From a virus, in the IMG/VR virus record IMGVR_UViG_3300045988_021954, positions 1-41,355 of that record: DNA of 41,355 bases; one strand, 5' to 3'. This document shows positions 24,573-31,844 of this stretch, one piece after another. Numbering within the stretch: the stretch's first letter is position 1; each line of letters opens with the position of its first letter. Position numbers and translations under genes: made by a program. The notes below the pieces were generated by a model. The model made no database searches and was not told the DNA's origin. It was given only the letters and a program-made list of their open reading frames with translations.

Positions 24573-24833
24573 TTATAGATCGAGCATAGTCGCGCCGCCG
24601 TTGCGGGCGTCGACAATGTTGTTAATTTCCTCGTAGCAGGTTACGGGGTCCGGCTCGCCGCCCTCCCAGCCGTCGGCGATGGGGTCGCCGCCGGCCTTGA
24701 GCGCGTCCAGCGTCTCAACGACCAGAGCACGGTCCGCGTCGCAGAGGTAGTAGATGCAGGAGCCGTTTTCGTCCATGACAGCGAGGTGCAAACGACCGGC
24801 GTTATCCTCGTAGATACTGTAAGTGTACTTCAT
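24573..24833 (-). CDS. Small acidic protein (86 aa), unknown
   Basis: RBS GGGAGGAAAC. 17 D/E against 5 K/R. First gene after the consensus promoter. Confidence 0.65.
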   Translation of the reverse strand: MKYTYSIYEDNAGRLHLAVMDENGSCIYYLCDADRALVVETLDALKAGGDPIADGWEGGEPDPVTCYEEINNIVDARNGGATMLDL

Positions 24834-24877
24834 TTTTGTTTCCTCCCGGGGTGTTCCCCTCTCTTGTTTACATGCTT

Positions 24878-24906
24878 ATTATACGCTAATATTAGCGTAT
24901 TGTCAA
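24878..24906 (-). promoter_or_regulatory. Consensus sigma-70 promoter with embedded 20-bp palindromic operator
   Basis: On the minus strand: TTGACA (24906-24901), 17-nt spacer, TATAAT (24883-24878). Perfect palindrome ATACGCTAATATTAGCGTAT at 24881-24900. Confidence 0.8.
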
Positions 24907-24940
24907 GAAAAAATCACAGAGTTTTGAAGAAATTTTTGAG

Positions 24941-24988
24941 GGCAAAACGCGGGCATTTTGCGGGCAATTTCCCGCGGCAAAATCGCGG
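24941..24988 (+). promoter_or_regulatory. GGCAA(A/T)..CGCGG repeat cluster upstream of the rightward cargo operon
   Basis: GGCAAAACGCGGG (24941-24953), GGGCAATTTCCCGCGG (24962-24977), GGCAAAATCGCGG (24976-24988), plus the inverted pair GCAAAA / TTTTGC. Confidence 0.4.
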
Positions 24989-25020
24989 TACGATAGGGGC
25001 AACAAAAGGAGGTGCGCGCG

Positions 25021-25143
25021 ATGTACGACCGACTTTTAGCTTTGGGATTTACCGAGCAGATGGCGATGGACATTCTCGCGCTTTTTCCTGACCCTGACGA
25101 GCTGCGCACTTACGTCTATTTCGCGGAGCTTTTCCATGTATAG
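25021..25143 (+). CDS. Small hypothetical protein (40 aa)
   Basis: ATG after AAAAGGAGGTG. Product MYDRLLALGFTEQMAMDILALFPDPDELRTYVYFAELFHV. Overlaps the next start. Confidence 0.45.
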   Translation: MYDRLLALGFTEQMAMDILALFPDPDELRTYVYFAELFHV

Positions 25144-25519
25144 CTATTTCAACCCGAATCCAAACGGGCGCAACGTCAGCGACTGCACCGTGCGCGCGAT
25201 CTGCAAGGCGACGGGGAAGGACTGGGGCGAAGTTTATTTGTCTCTGTGCATACAGGGATACTTGGACGGCGACTTGCCCAATGCAAACGCCTGTTGGGGC
25301 GCATATCTGCGGTCGCTCGGCTATCGGCGCTATATCATGCCGGACACTTGCCCGGACTGCTACACGGTCGGCAGATTTGCTGATGAGCACCCGCGCGGGA
25401 CGTATATTCTCGCGCTTTCTGGTCATGTGGTCTGCGTGCAGGATGGTGTAATTTACGACAGCTGGAACAGCGAGAACGAAATCCCGCTTTATTATTGGGT
25501 CAAAGAAACGGAGGAATGA
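25136..25519 (+). CDS. Hypothetical protein with possible papain-like Cys-His-Asp arrangement
   Basis: SDCTVRAI ... LSGHVVCV ... YDSWNS are ordered as in cysteine-peptidase triads. The assignment is tentative. Confidence 0.35.
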   Translation: MYSYFNPNPNGRNVSDCTVRAICKATGKDWGEVYLSLCIQGYLDGDLPNANACWGAYLRSLGYRRYIMPDTCPDCYTVGRFADEHPRGTYILALSGHVVCVQDGVIYDSWNSENEIPLYYWVKETEE

Positions 25520-25521
25520 AC

Positions 25522-25959
25522 ATGGCATATCCCTATTTCAATCCCTATTATCCGCAGCCAATGCCAGACAACCTCATGCAGATGCGGCAGATGCAGCAGC
25601 CACAAATGCAGCCCATGCAGCAGCCTATGTCGCAGCCAGTGCAACAGAACCCCATCGCACAGGGCGGCGTGCAGTGGGTAAGCGGCGAGCAGGAGGCGAG
25701 AGGCTATCTCATCGCGCCCAACTCTGCTGTGGCGCTGTGGGATTCTACCGCGCCGACTGTGTATCTCAAGCAGGCGGATGCAAGCGGCAAGCCAACGCTC
25801 AAGATTTATGACCTCGTAGAACGCGCAGAAACGCCCCGCACAGCGCCGCAGGAAAAGGGCGTGGAATTTGTCACCCGCAAGGAGTTTGACGCACTGGCGG
25901 CTCTTGTGGGCGAAATAAAGGGCAAGAAGAAGCGCAAGGAGGACGATGACGATGACTAA
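25522..25959 (+). CDS. Q/P/M-rich low-complexity N-terminus protein (145 aa), unknown
   Basis: ATG after ACGGAGGAATGAAC. PYYPQPMPDNLMQMRQMQQPQMQPMQQPMSQPVQQ followed by a globular domain and a KKKRKEDDDDD tail. Confidence 0.6.
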   Translation: MAYPYFNPYYPQPMPDNLMQMRQMQQPQMQPMQQPMSQPVQQNPIAQGGVQWVSGEQEARGYLIAPNSAVALWDSTAPTVYLKQADASGKPTLKIYDLVERAETPRTAPQEKGVEFVTRKEFDALAALVGEIKGKKKRKEDDDDD

Positions 25960-26170
25960 TCCGTTTATGGCCGCGCTGGGCGGCGGGCAGATGCCGGGGC
26001 CGATAAGTGAGCTGATGCAGCTCAAGCAGAAATTCCAACAGTTCCAAAGCGGCTTTCAGGGAAACCCAAAAGAAGAAGTCAATAAGCTCCTGCAATCTGG
26101 TGCGATGAGCCAGCAGGAGTTAAACCAACTGCAATCTATGGCAAAACAGTTTGAGCATTTATTCCATTGA
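25952..26170 (+). CDS. Hypothetical Q-rich helical protein (72 aa)
   Basis: ATG 9 nt after AAGGAGG. Overlaps the previous stop. Confidence 0.5.
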   Translation: MTNPFMAALGGGQMPGPISELMQLKQKFQQFQSGFQGNPKEEVNKLLQSGAMSQQELNQLQSMAKQFEHLFH

Positions 26171-26221
26171 TCTTATCGTGGCCGCGATTTGATAAATAAA
26201 ATTTATGAAAGGAGAGATAAT

Positions 26222-26935
26222 ATGTCTCTTTCCGACGGTGCTCCCATGATGACTATGCCGGTCGCGCCCGCGAACAATTACGGCGGCGGTATGGGTATGT
26301 GGGGCGACAACTGGATCTGGATTATCGTTCTTTTCCTCTTCGGCTGGGGCCGCAACGGATTTGGCAACGGTAACGGCGGCGGTGTGATGGACGGCTACGT
26401 TCTGACCTCTGACTTTGCGAGCGTTGAGCGTAAGCTCGACAGCATTTCGAATGGCATTTGCGATTCCACCTTCGCGTTGAACAATGCCATTACTGGTGGC
26501 TTTGCTACGACCGCACAGGCCATCAACAGCGGCTTCGGCAATGCCGAGCTGTCCCGCGCAAACCAGCAGGCGGCTCTCATGCAGCAGCTCAACGCCATGC
26601 AGATGCAGGCTGCTAATTGCTGCTGCGAGAATCGCGCGGCTATCGCGCAGGTGCGCTATGACATGGCGACGCAGGCGTGCGACACGCGCAACACCGTGCA
26701 GAACGCCACGCGCGACATCATTGACGCGAACAACCAGAACAGCCGCGCGATCCTCGACTTCCTGACGCAGAGCAAGCTCTCTGACCTTCAGGCCGAGAAC
26801 CAAGGCTTGAAGCTGGCGGCAAGCCAGGCGGCGCAGAACAGCTATCTGGTCTCGCAGCTGCGGCCCTCCCCCATTCCGGCCTACACGGTGCAGAACCCCT
26901 ATTGCTGCAACCAGTTTGCCGGTTGCGGCTGCTGA
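26222..26935 (+). CDS. Membrane protein with Gly-rich segment, coiled coil and Cys-rich C-terminus (237 aa)
   Basis: ATG after GAAAGGAGAG. TM WIWIIVLFLFGW, GFGNGNGGG, internal CCC, C-terminal YCCNQFAGCGC. Confidence 0.65.
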   Translation: MSLSDGAPMMTMPVAPANNYGGGMGMWGDNWIWIIVLFLFGWGRNGFGNGNGGGVMDGYVLTSDFASVERKLDSISNGICDSTFALNNAITGGFATTAQAINSGFGNAELSRANQQAALMQQLNAMQMQAANCCCENRAAIAQVRYDMATQACDTRNTVQNATRDIIDANNQNSRAILDFLTQSKLSDLQAENQGLKLAASQAAQNSYLVSQLRPSPIPAYTVQNPYCCNQFAGCGC

Positions 26936-27089
26936 CAACTGCATAGCATAGCTTCTCGGGCACCATATCGGTGACGTTACCGAGATGGTCGGCCCCGTGC
27001 CGACACTGGAAACAACGCGGCGGGGCAATAGCCCTGCCGCTGTATTTTAACCGGGTCGAAATCGACCCCTTTAGAAAGGACTGATTATT

Positions 27090-27512
27090 TTGGCAGAGTA
27101 CACAAATGCAAATATTGTGAGCGTAGCCGCTGGGCAGAACGTTCCCTTGACCGAAACGGCGGTCAATAGCAAGCCCTGTATCTTGCATCGCCAGGGCGCA
27201 GGCATTGTCACGCTGCGCGGCCTCACCAATCAAAACCGCGCTCTGTTTCGGGTCTCCTATGGCGGCAACATCGCTATTCCTACCGGAGGCACGGTTGAGG
27301 CCATCACGGCGGCGCTTGCCATTAACGGAGAGCCGTTGACCAGCGCAACAGCTACCGTCACGCCTGCGGCGGTAGAAAATTACTTTAACATTTATGTTTC
27401 CGCACAGGTCTGCGTCCCGAAAGGCTGCTACCTGACGGTCGCAATGGAAAACACCAGCACTCAGGCCGTCAACTTCGCCAACTCGAATCTGACGGTTGAG
27501 AGAATCGCGTGA
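27090..27512 (+). CDS. Beta-rich protein, possibly C1q/BclA-C-terminal-like fold (140 aa)
   Basis: TTG start after AAAGGA. ...LAINGEPLTSATATVTPAA...VAMENTSTQAVNFANSNLTVERIA loosely resembles the layout of the BclA C-terminal domain. Confidence 0.45.
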   Translation: MAEYTNANIVSVAAGQNVPLTETAVNSKPCILHRQGAGIVTLRGLTNQNRALFRVSYGGNIAIPTGGTVEAITAALAINGEPLTSATATVTPAAVENYFNIYVSAQVCVPKGCYLTVAMENTSTQAVNFANSNLTVERIA

Positions 27513-27525
27513 AAGGAGAATGGAC

Positions 27526-27933
27526 ATGAGCAAGAAAGCAATGTATGATCTGCGCAATATGCTGTGCAACGAACTCGACGAGCTGGCACGTAAGGGCGAG
27601 CTTGGCGCGTGCGATCTCGAAATTGCGCACAAGCTGACGGACACCATCAAGAACATCGATAAGATTGAGATGTTGGAGGACGACGGCTATTCCCGCGATG
27701 AAGACTATTCTCGCCGCTATTCCCGCGACGGAGACTGGCAGTCTGGTATGCGCGGCGCTTATGACCGTGATATGTCCAATGCGAGACGCGGCACGCATTA
27801 TGTGCGCGGCCACTATTCCCGTGATGGTGGTATCGACAACATGAAACGCCAGTTGCAGGAAATGCTGGACAACTCCGACGACGAAAGCATCCGCAGAGCC
27901 ATCCAGCGCTGCATGGACACGATTGAGGGCTAA
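27526..27933 (+). CDS. Hypothetical protein with YSRD repeats (135 aa)
   Basis: ATG 7 nt after AAAGGAG. DDGYSRDEDYSRRYSRDGDW...GHYSRDGG. Confidence 0.6.
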   Translation: MSKKAMYDLRNMLCNELDELARKGELGACDLEIAHKLTDTIKNIDKIEMLEDDGYSRDEDYSRRYSRDGDWQSGMRGAYDRDMSNARRGTHYVRGHYSRDGGIDNMKRQLQEMLDNSDDESIRRAIQRCMDTIEG

Positions 27934-27948
27934 AGTGGGTGCGCCCCT

Positions 27949-28269
27949 ATGGTCGACGAGAATGAGGTCAATCGCTGGATAGCTCGCCTTGAAACAGAGG
28001 AATCGAGTTGGACAAACTATGAGCGCCTTGCCGTGCTGTATGCCATCCGTGACCAGCAAAGCAGCAGCAGGGAGAGGGCTTTGCCAATGGCATACTCCGC
28101 AGCACCCGCGCCGGTTAGCGTCGAAACATACGGCGACAGCGACTTCCTGCGCGCAGTGGCAGATATTCCGCCGGACAAGGCGTGGGAGATCATGGACGAG
28201 CTGATGGACAGTTTGAAAATTGTGAACGAGCGCGTCTATAATAGCGTCATGCGTAAGCTCGAAAAATGA
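27949..28269 (+). CDS. Hypothetical protein (106 aa)
   Basis: Last ORF of the rightward operon. Followed by a terminator. Confidence 0.55.
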   Translation: MVDENEVNRWIARLETEESSWTNYERLAVLYAIRDQQSSSRERALPMAYSAAPAPVSVETYGDSDFLRAVADIPPDKAWEIMDELMDSLKIVNERVYNSVMRKLEK

Positions 28270-28274
28270 GAACA

Positions 28275-28302
28275 CCCCCGTCGTAAGGCGGGGGATTCTT
28301 TT
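28275..28302 (+). terminator. Rho-independent terminator
   Basis: CCCCCG-tcgtaagg-CGGGGG followed by ATTCTTTT. Confidence 0.7.
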
Positions 28303-28342
28303 GGGCATAATTTACCTTTGGGAACACGAAGGTCAAATATGC

Positions 28343-29641
28343 CTAACGTGGCGTTACAAAAAACGCGCCGTCGTCATCTGCATCAATTCTCCGGATGAAG
28401 CGCGTCCAGAATTCCTTTTTTTCTTCTCGCAAGTATGTATCATATTCCGCCAGCCCATTTCGCAGCGCATCAAGGTTTGTCTTCGGCTTTTCCTCTACCG
28501 CTTCAAGGGATTTCTTTAATGTGGTGTACTCTTTCTTGTATTCGTCCAACTCAATCAAGTCGTTAAGATAAAGCGTTTTCAGCTTATCCATTTTCTTTCG
28601 TATCGCGTCCGCGCTTTGCGTGGGCTTTTTTTCTGCCTTTTTATAATAGCGATTGTTTCGCTCGGCAATTCCTTCAAGCTCATGCAATAAATAAGCTTCC
28701 AGCGCATCTTCGCGAATCCTCTTTTTGTGCTGGCACGCGGAGGTGTCAAGCATTCGCGTCCGGCATCGGTAGTAGGTATAGATCTGCTTTGCCGTTTCCG
28801 ACTGCATCGTTTTCCCACACTCTTTGCAATGCAACAAGCCGGAGAACAGATAAACGCGATCTGTCTCAATTCCTGCGCAGCGCTGCGACCGCTGGCGGAG
28901 AATATCATTTACAATGTCAAAATCCTGCTTGCTCACCAGAGCGGGACAGGCATTCTCGATGCCGTACACCTCGCCGATATAAAGCCGGTTCCGGAAATAG
29001 TTTACATATTTGGTATACGCCCTGTCAATGCCCCACGTCTCAAGCATATAGCGCTTTACGCCAAGCACGCTTTGCAGCCTGATATACGCCGCAAACATAT
29101 CTCGCGCGGCATCTGCCGTGCCGTTATCGATCTGGTATTGCCTGCCCTTGATGATATACCCTAAAGGGGCTTTTGACCCTGCCGGTTGGCCTTTTGCGCG
29201 TTTGCCGTCGTTGATAAATTTGATTCGCTCGCTTGTGCGGTCGGCTTCGTCCTGCGCGACGGAAAGCATGATGTTGACCTTTAATCGCCCGGACGCAGTG
29301 CGCGTTTCGTAGTCCTCTTCCGTCGCTTGCCATGTCACGCCGTACTGGTCAAGCCGCGTCTGCACATCGTAGTACCCGGCGACATTGCGAAACCAGCGAT
29401 CGAGTTTAATAAACAAGATCGTGTCTACCTTCCCTGCTTTGCAATCATCCAGCAGCCGCAGGAGCGCGGGGCGCTTTTTGTACGGTTTTCTCGCGGAAAT
29501 TCCCGCGTCCTCGTATATGCCTGCCACGGTCATTTTATTCGCTTTTGCATATCTTATCAGCGCGTCTCTCTGTTCTTGCAGGGACAGGCCATGCCGTGCC
29601 TGTTCCTCGCTCGAGACGCGGATATACAATGCCACTCGCAT
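28343..29641 (-). CDS. int: Large serine recombinase (integrase)
   Basis: N-terminal resolvase catalytic domain VALYIRVSSEEQ..., recombinase domain, and zinc-ribbon CKECGK...YYRC. ATG after GGAGGGGG. Confidence 0.9.
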   Translation of the reverse strand: MRVALYIRVSSEEQARHGLSLQEQRDALIRYAKANKMTVAGIYEDAGISARKPYKKRPALLRLLDDCKAGKVDTILFIKLDRWFRNVAGYYDVQTRLDQYGVTWQATEEDYETRTASGRLKVNIMLSVAQDEADRTSERIKFINDGKRAKGQPAGSKAPLGYIIKGRQYQIDNGTADAARDMFAAYIRLQSVLGVKRYMLETWGIDRAYTKYVNYFRNRLYIGEVYGIENACPALVSKQDFDIVNDILRQRSQRCAGIETDRVYLFSGLLHCKECGKTMQSETAKQIYTYYRCRTRMLDTSACQHKKRIREDALEAYLLHELEGIAERNNRYYKKAEKKPTQSADAIRKKMDKLKTLYLNDLIELDEYKKEYTTLKKSLEAVEEKPKTNLDALRNGLAEYDTYLREEKKEFWTRFIRRIDADDDGAFFVTPR

Positions 29642-30033
29642 CAAATCCCCCTCCAATCAATGTACAAGCACCATGCGGCCAGCAAAACGATAATGACAAA
29701 CATTATAGCAATTACGCCGTTGCGGATACGGACACCGCGCCGCATGATCTCAATGGTATCTGCCTTTGCGTCCACGTGACGTTCCAGCTCATCATTCCGC
29801 GCTTGCAAAGTTTCCTCGGTCGGCGTCAAGTGTTCGGAAATTCCGAACGATTCATCAAGCGATATTCCAATCGCTTTGCAGATCGGCGCAACGGTGTAGA
29901 TGGACGGAGCTTTAGAAAACTTGGAAAAGAAATTCTGCACGGTGGACAGCGGAACGCCGGAAACGTCGGAAATTTCCTGATAGGTCAGTTTCAAATCTTC
30001 TTTACGGATTCTGCACACTTCTTGAATGTTCAT
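29641..30033 (-). CDS. Membrane-anchored XRE-family HTH protein, translationally coupled to the integrase
   Basis: N-terminal HTH LTYQEISDVSGVPLSTVQNF. C-terminal TM VIAIMFVIIVLLAAWCLYI. Its stop overlaps the int ATG. Confidence 0.7.
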   Translation of the reverse strand: MNIQEVCRIRKEDLKLTYQEISDVSGVPLSTVQNFFSKFSKAPSIYTVAPICKAIGISLDESFGISEHLTPTEETLQARNDELERHVDAKADTIEIMRRGVRIRNGVIAIMFVIIVLLAAWCLYIDWRGI

Positions 30034-30195
30034 TTATGCCACCTTAATTTCTTCGATTTTCGCGCCGCGAAGTTGCAAGATAAGGGCTTGTCGAACCACG
30101 TCGAGCGCTGTCTTATTGCAATGTTTCGGTGTTGAATTGCCAAGGTAAAGCGGAGTATGGTCAAAACAAGCAGCGGCGACCGCTTCCCGCTGGCT

Positions 30196-30237
30196 GCAAA
30201 AAGGCCCCGCCGTTTGTTGCAGAGGGCGGCGGGGCCT
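30196..30237 (-). terminator. Rho-independent terminator (minus strand)
   Basis: 11-bp stem AGGCCCCGCCG / CGGCGGGGCCT (30202-30212 / 30227-30237), followed on the minus strand by TTTTTG. Confidence 0.7.
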
Positions 30238-30278
30238 AAATTATGTAGTAAGCATCCAGAACGCCCCATATCTTGTAG

Positions 30279-30307
30279 TTGCAAAAATAGAACGAAAGTG
30301 CTATATT
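30279..30307 (+). promoter_or_regulatory. Sigma-70-type promoter for the rightward small ORFs
   Basis: TTGCAA (30279-30284), 17-nt spacer, TATATT (30302-30307). Confidence 0.6.
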
Positions 30308-30364
30308 AAGTCATGTGATAGAACACCTGTTTTATAGCATGAACTTGAACGGAGGATGGAACGG

Positions 30365-30508
30365 ATGACCGAACAGGTACATACGAACGAGCAATCGGAT
30401 TTGCAGGGATTAAAGGACGAGATCATTCAGAAAATTTCGGAGTTGGCAGATGACCAAGTCGAATCCGTTTTAAGGAGAATGAAATGTTTGCTACAAGAAA
30501 AGCTCTAA
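30365..30508 (+). CDS. Small hypothetical protein (47 aa)
   Basis: ATG after GGAGGATGGAACGG. Product MTEQVHTNEQSDLQGLKDEIIQKISELADDQVESVLRRMKCLLQEKL. Confidence 0.4.
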   Translation: MTEQVHTNEQSDLQGLKDEIIQKISELADDQVESVLRRMKCLLQEKL

Positions 30509-30804
30509 ATGCCCTCCGGGAAGAAAATCTTAGCCTCAAAAGGCAGCTCGCAGAAGCGCAGGAAGCGGCACAAGAGGATAAACTCCGATCTGCTGTCATT
30601 GACAGAGCCGCGCTCCCAAAATGCAAGAGCATCGCGTGTTCCGGTTGCAAGCACGTTGTCGTTCGTTATACGACCTGGGGCGGATGGTACGTCCTCGGCT
30701 GCGGGAAAGACAATCCCTGCAAAGACTACGAGCCGACAGACATTACCCCCGAAAAAGCAGAAGCTATCCGTGAAGCGCTAAACATTCAGTGGCAATATAA
30801 TTAA
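30484..30804 (+). CDS. Hypothetical coiled-coil / Cys-rich protein (106 aa)
   Basis: ATG 6 nt after AAGGAGAA. CKSIACSGCKH...GCGKDNPC. Convergent with the repressor-side genes. Confidence 0.55.
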   Translation: MFATRKALNALREENLSLKRQLAEAQEAAQEDKLRSAVIDRAALPKCKSIACSGCKHVVVRYTTWGGWYVLGCGKDNPCKDYEPTDITPEKAEAIREALNIQWQYN

Positions 30805-31199
30805 CCAGAAAACAAGCAATTCAGCAAAAAACCGAAAATAGCACTTATCAACGCAACAAAGCAATCTCTTGCCGTGATAGATTTCGCAGTTTTACTTTCT
30901 TTCTGCACATAGGCAATATAGTTAGCACCTCTTTGCCGGGCAATACAGCCGCGCTTCCCATCATTTTCAAGCACGTAAATAAAACGATGGTCGGAAAGAA
31001 CATCGACATCATTTTCGTTTTCCGGCGTTACAAGCACAGCGTCTTTCTTAGATTGCTTTAATAGTTTCATTTGCGACCTTGTAAGCGCGATATAGGGAAA
31101 GTCATCTTTTTTGTCTTCCAGATCACGCAGCCAGTCTTGCCGCTCAACTTCCGTTAAATGCCGGTCGCTGGGGTCGGATGGCCTAAATACATAGCTCAT
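30801..31199 (-). CDS. Tail-anchored membrane protein next to the repressor (candidate superinfection exclusion/abortive infection)
   Basis: 132 aa, AT-rich gene. Single C-terminal TM FVALISAIFGFLLNCLF. Co-oriented with and downstream of the repressor. Confidence 0.55.
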   Translation of the reverse strand: MSYVFRPSDPSDRHLTEVERQDWLRDLEDKKDDFPYIALTRSQMKLLKQSKKDAVLVTPENENDVDVLSDHRFIYVLENDGKRGCIARQRGANYIAYVQKESKTAKSITARDCFVALISAIFGFLLNCLFSG

Positions 31200-31228
31200 A
31201 GTACCGCCTTCTTATGTGACAACAAGAA

Positions 31229-31609
31229 TCATCGCAACTCTTGCAATTTTTTGTTGACCTCGTCAAGCACCATTAACAACACATCACGGTCGTTCGTTTT
31301 TTGGACAAGGTTGCGTAATTCATCGGCGCTCAAGCCCTCGATCTTCGGATCGGGGGCTTTTTTTATACCCTCGGCCTCGACCGTCGGGTCGTCAGTCTCG
31401 CCTTTGAGCCATGCGACGGAAACGTGATATTCATCGGCGATCTGATGGAGCTTTTTCTTGTAGGATTGGCTCGTCCCATTTATCCACATAGAGACAATGT
31501 CGCCACTGCCATATCCGATGCTTTGGGCAAAGGTTTTTTGGGACCCTCTTTTTATTTTCCCGTTTTCATGGGGCAGAAGCGACAAAATGCGGGTAAGTGT
31601 AACATCCAT
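31229..31609 (-). CDS. CI-like phage repressor (HTH only, no peptidase domain)
   Basis: SQKTFAQSIGYGSGDIVSMWINGTSQSYKKKLHQIADEYHVSVAWLKG fits the CI-repressor HTH pattern. Divergent from the cro-like gene. Confidence 0.7.
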   Translation of the reverse strand: MDVTLTRILSLLPHENGKIKRGSQKTFAQSIGYGSGDIVSMWINGTSQSYKKKLHQIADEYHVSVAWLKGETDDPTVEAEGIKKAPDPKIEGLSADELRNLVQKTNDRDVLLMVLDEVNKKLQELR

Positions 31610-31648
31610 AACAATCGCCTCAAAAATTTATGCAGTATAACAAAACTT

Positions 31649-31697
31649 ATAAAATTCGGTTAAGCTGATTGACAAACCGAATTTTATGAGTTATCAT
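31649..31697 (+). promoter_or_regulatory. Genetic switch: 13-bp inverted-repeat operator overlapping the rightward early promoter
   Basis: ATAAAATTCGGTT (31649-31661) / AACCGAATTTTAT (31675-31687). TTGACA (31669-31674), 17-nt spacer, TATCAT (31692-31697). Confidence 0.65.
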
Positions 31698-31844
31698 TGT
31701 ATCAAACCAAGCGGAAAAGGGTGCAAAAAACTCAGCCCCCTCAAAAAGCGGCTTTCTACAATTTCTTTTGGCGAAGCTATTGTATCCCCGTTTTTAGAGG
31801 TTGTCAAGCATGAAACCTCATGTTTATGAGTTTTCCGATTGGTG

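Noticed and set aside
30030-30284. 84-aa minus-strand ORF upstream of the HTH-integrase operon
   Set aside because: It has no RBS, it contains the strong minus-strand terminator hairpin (30196-30237) within it, and its sequence is implausible.
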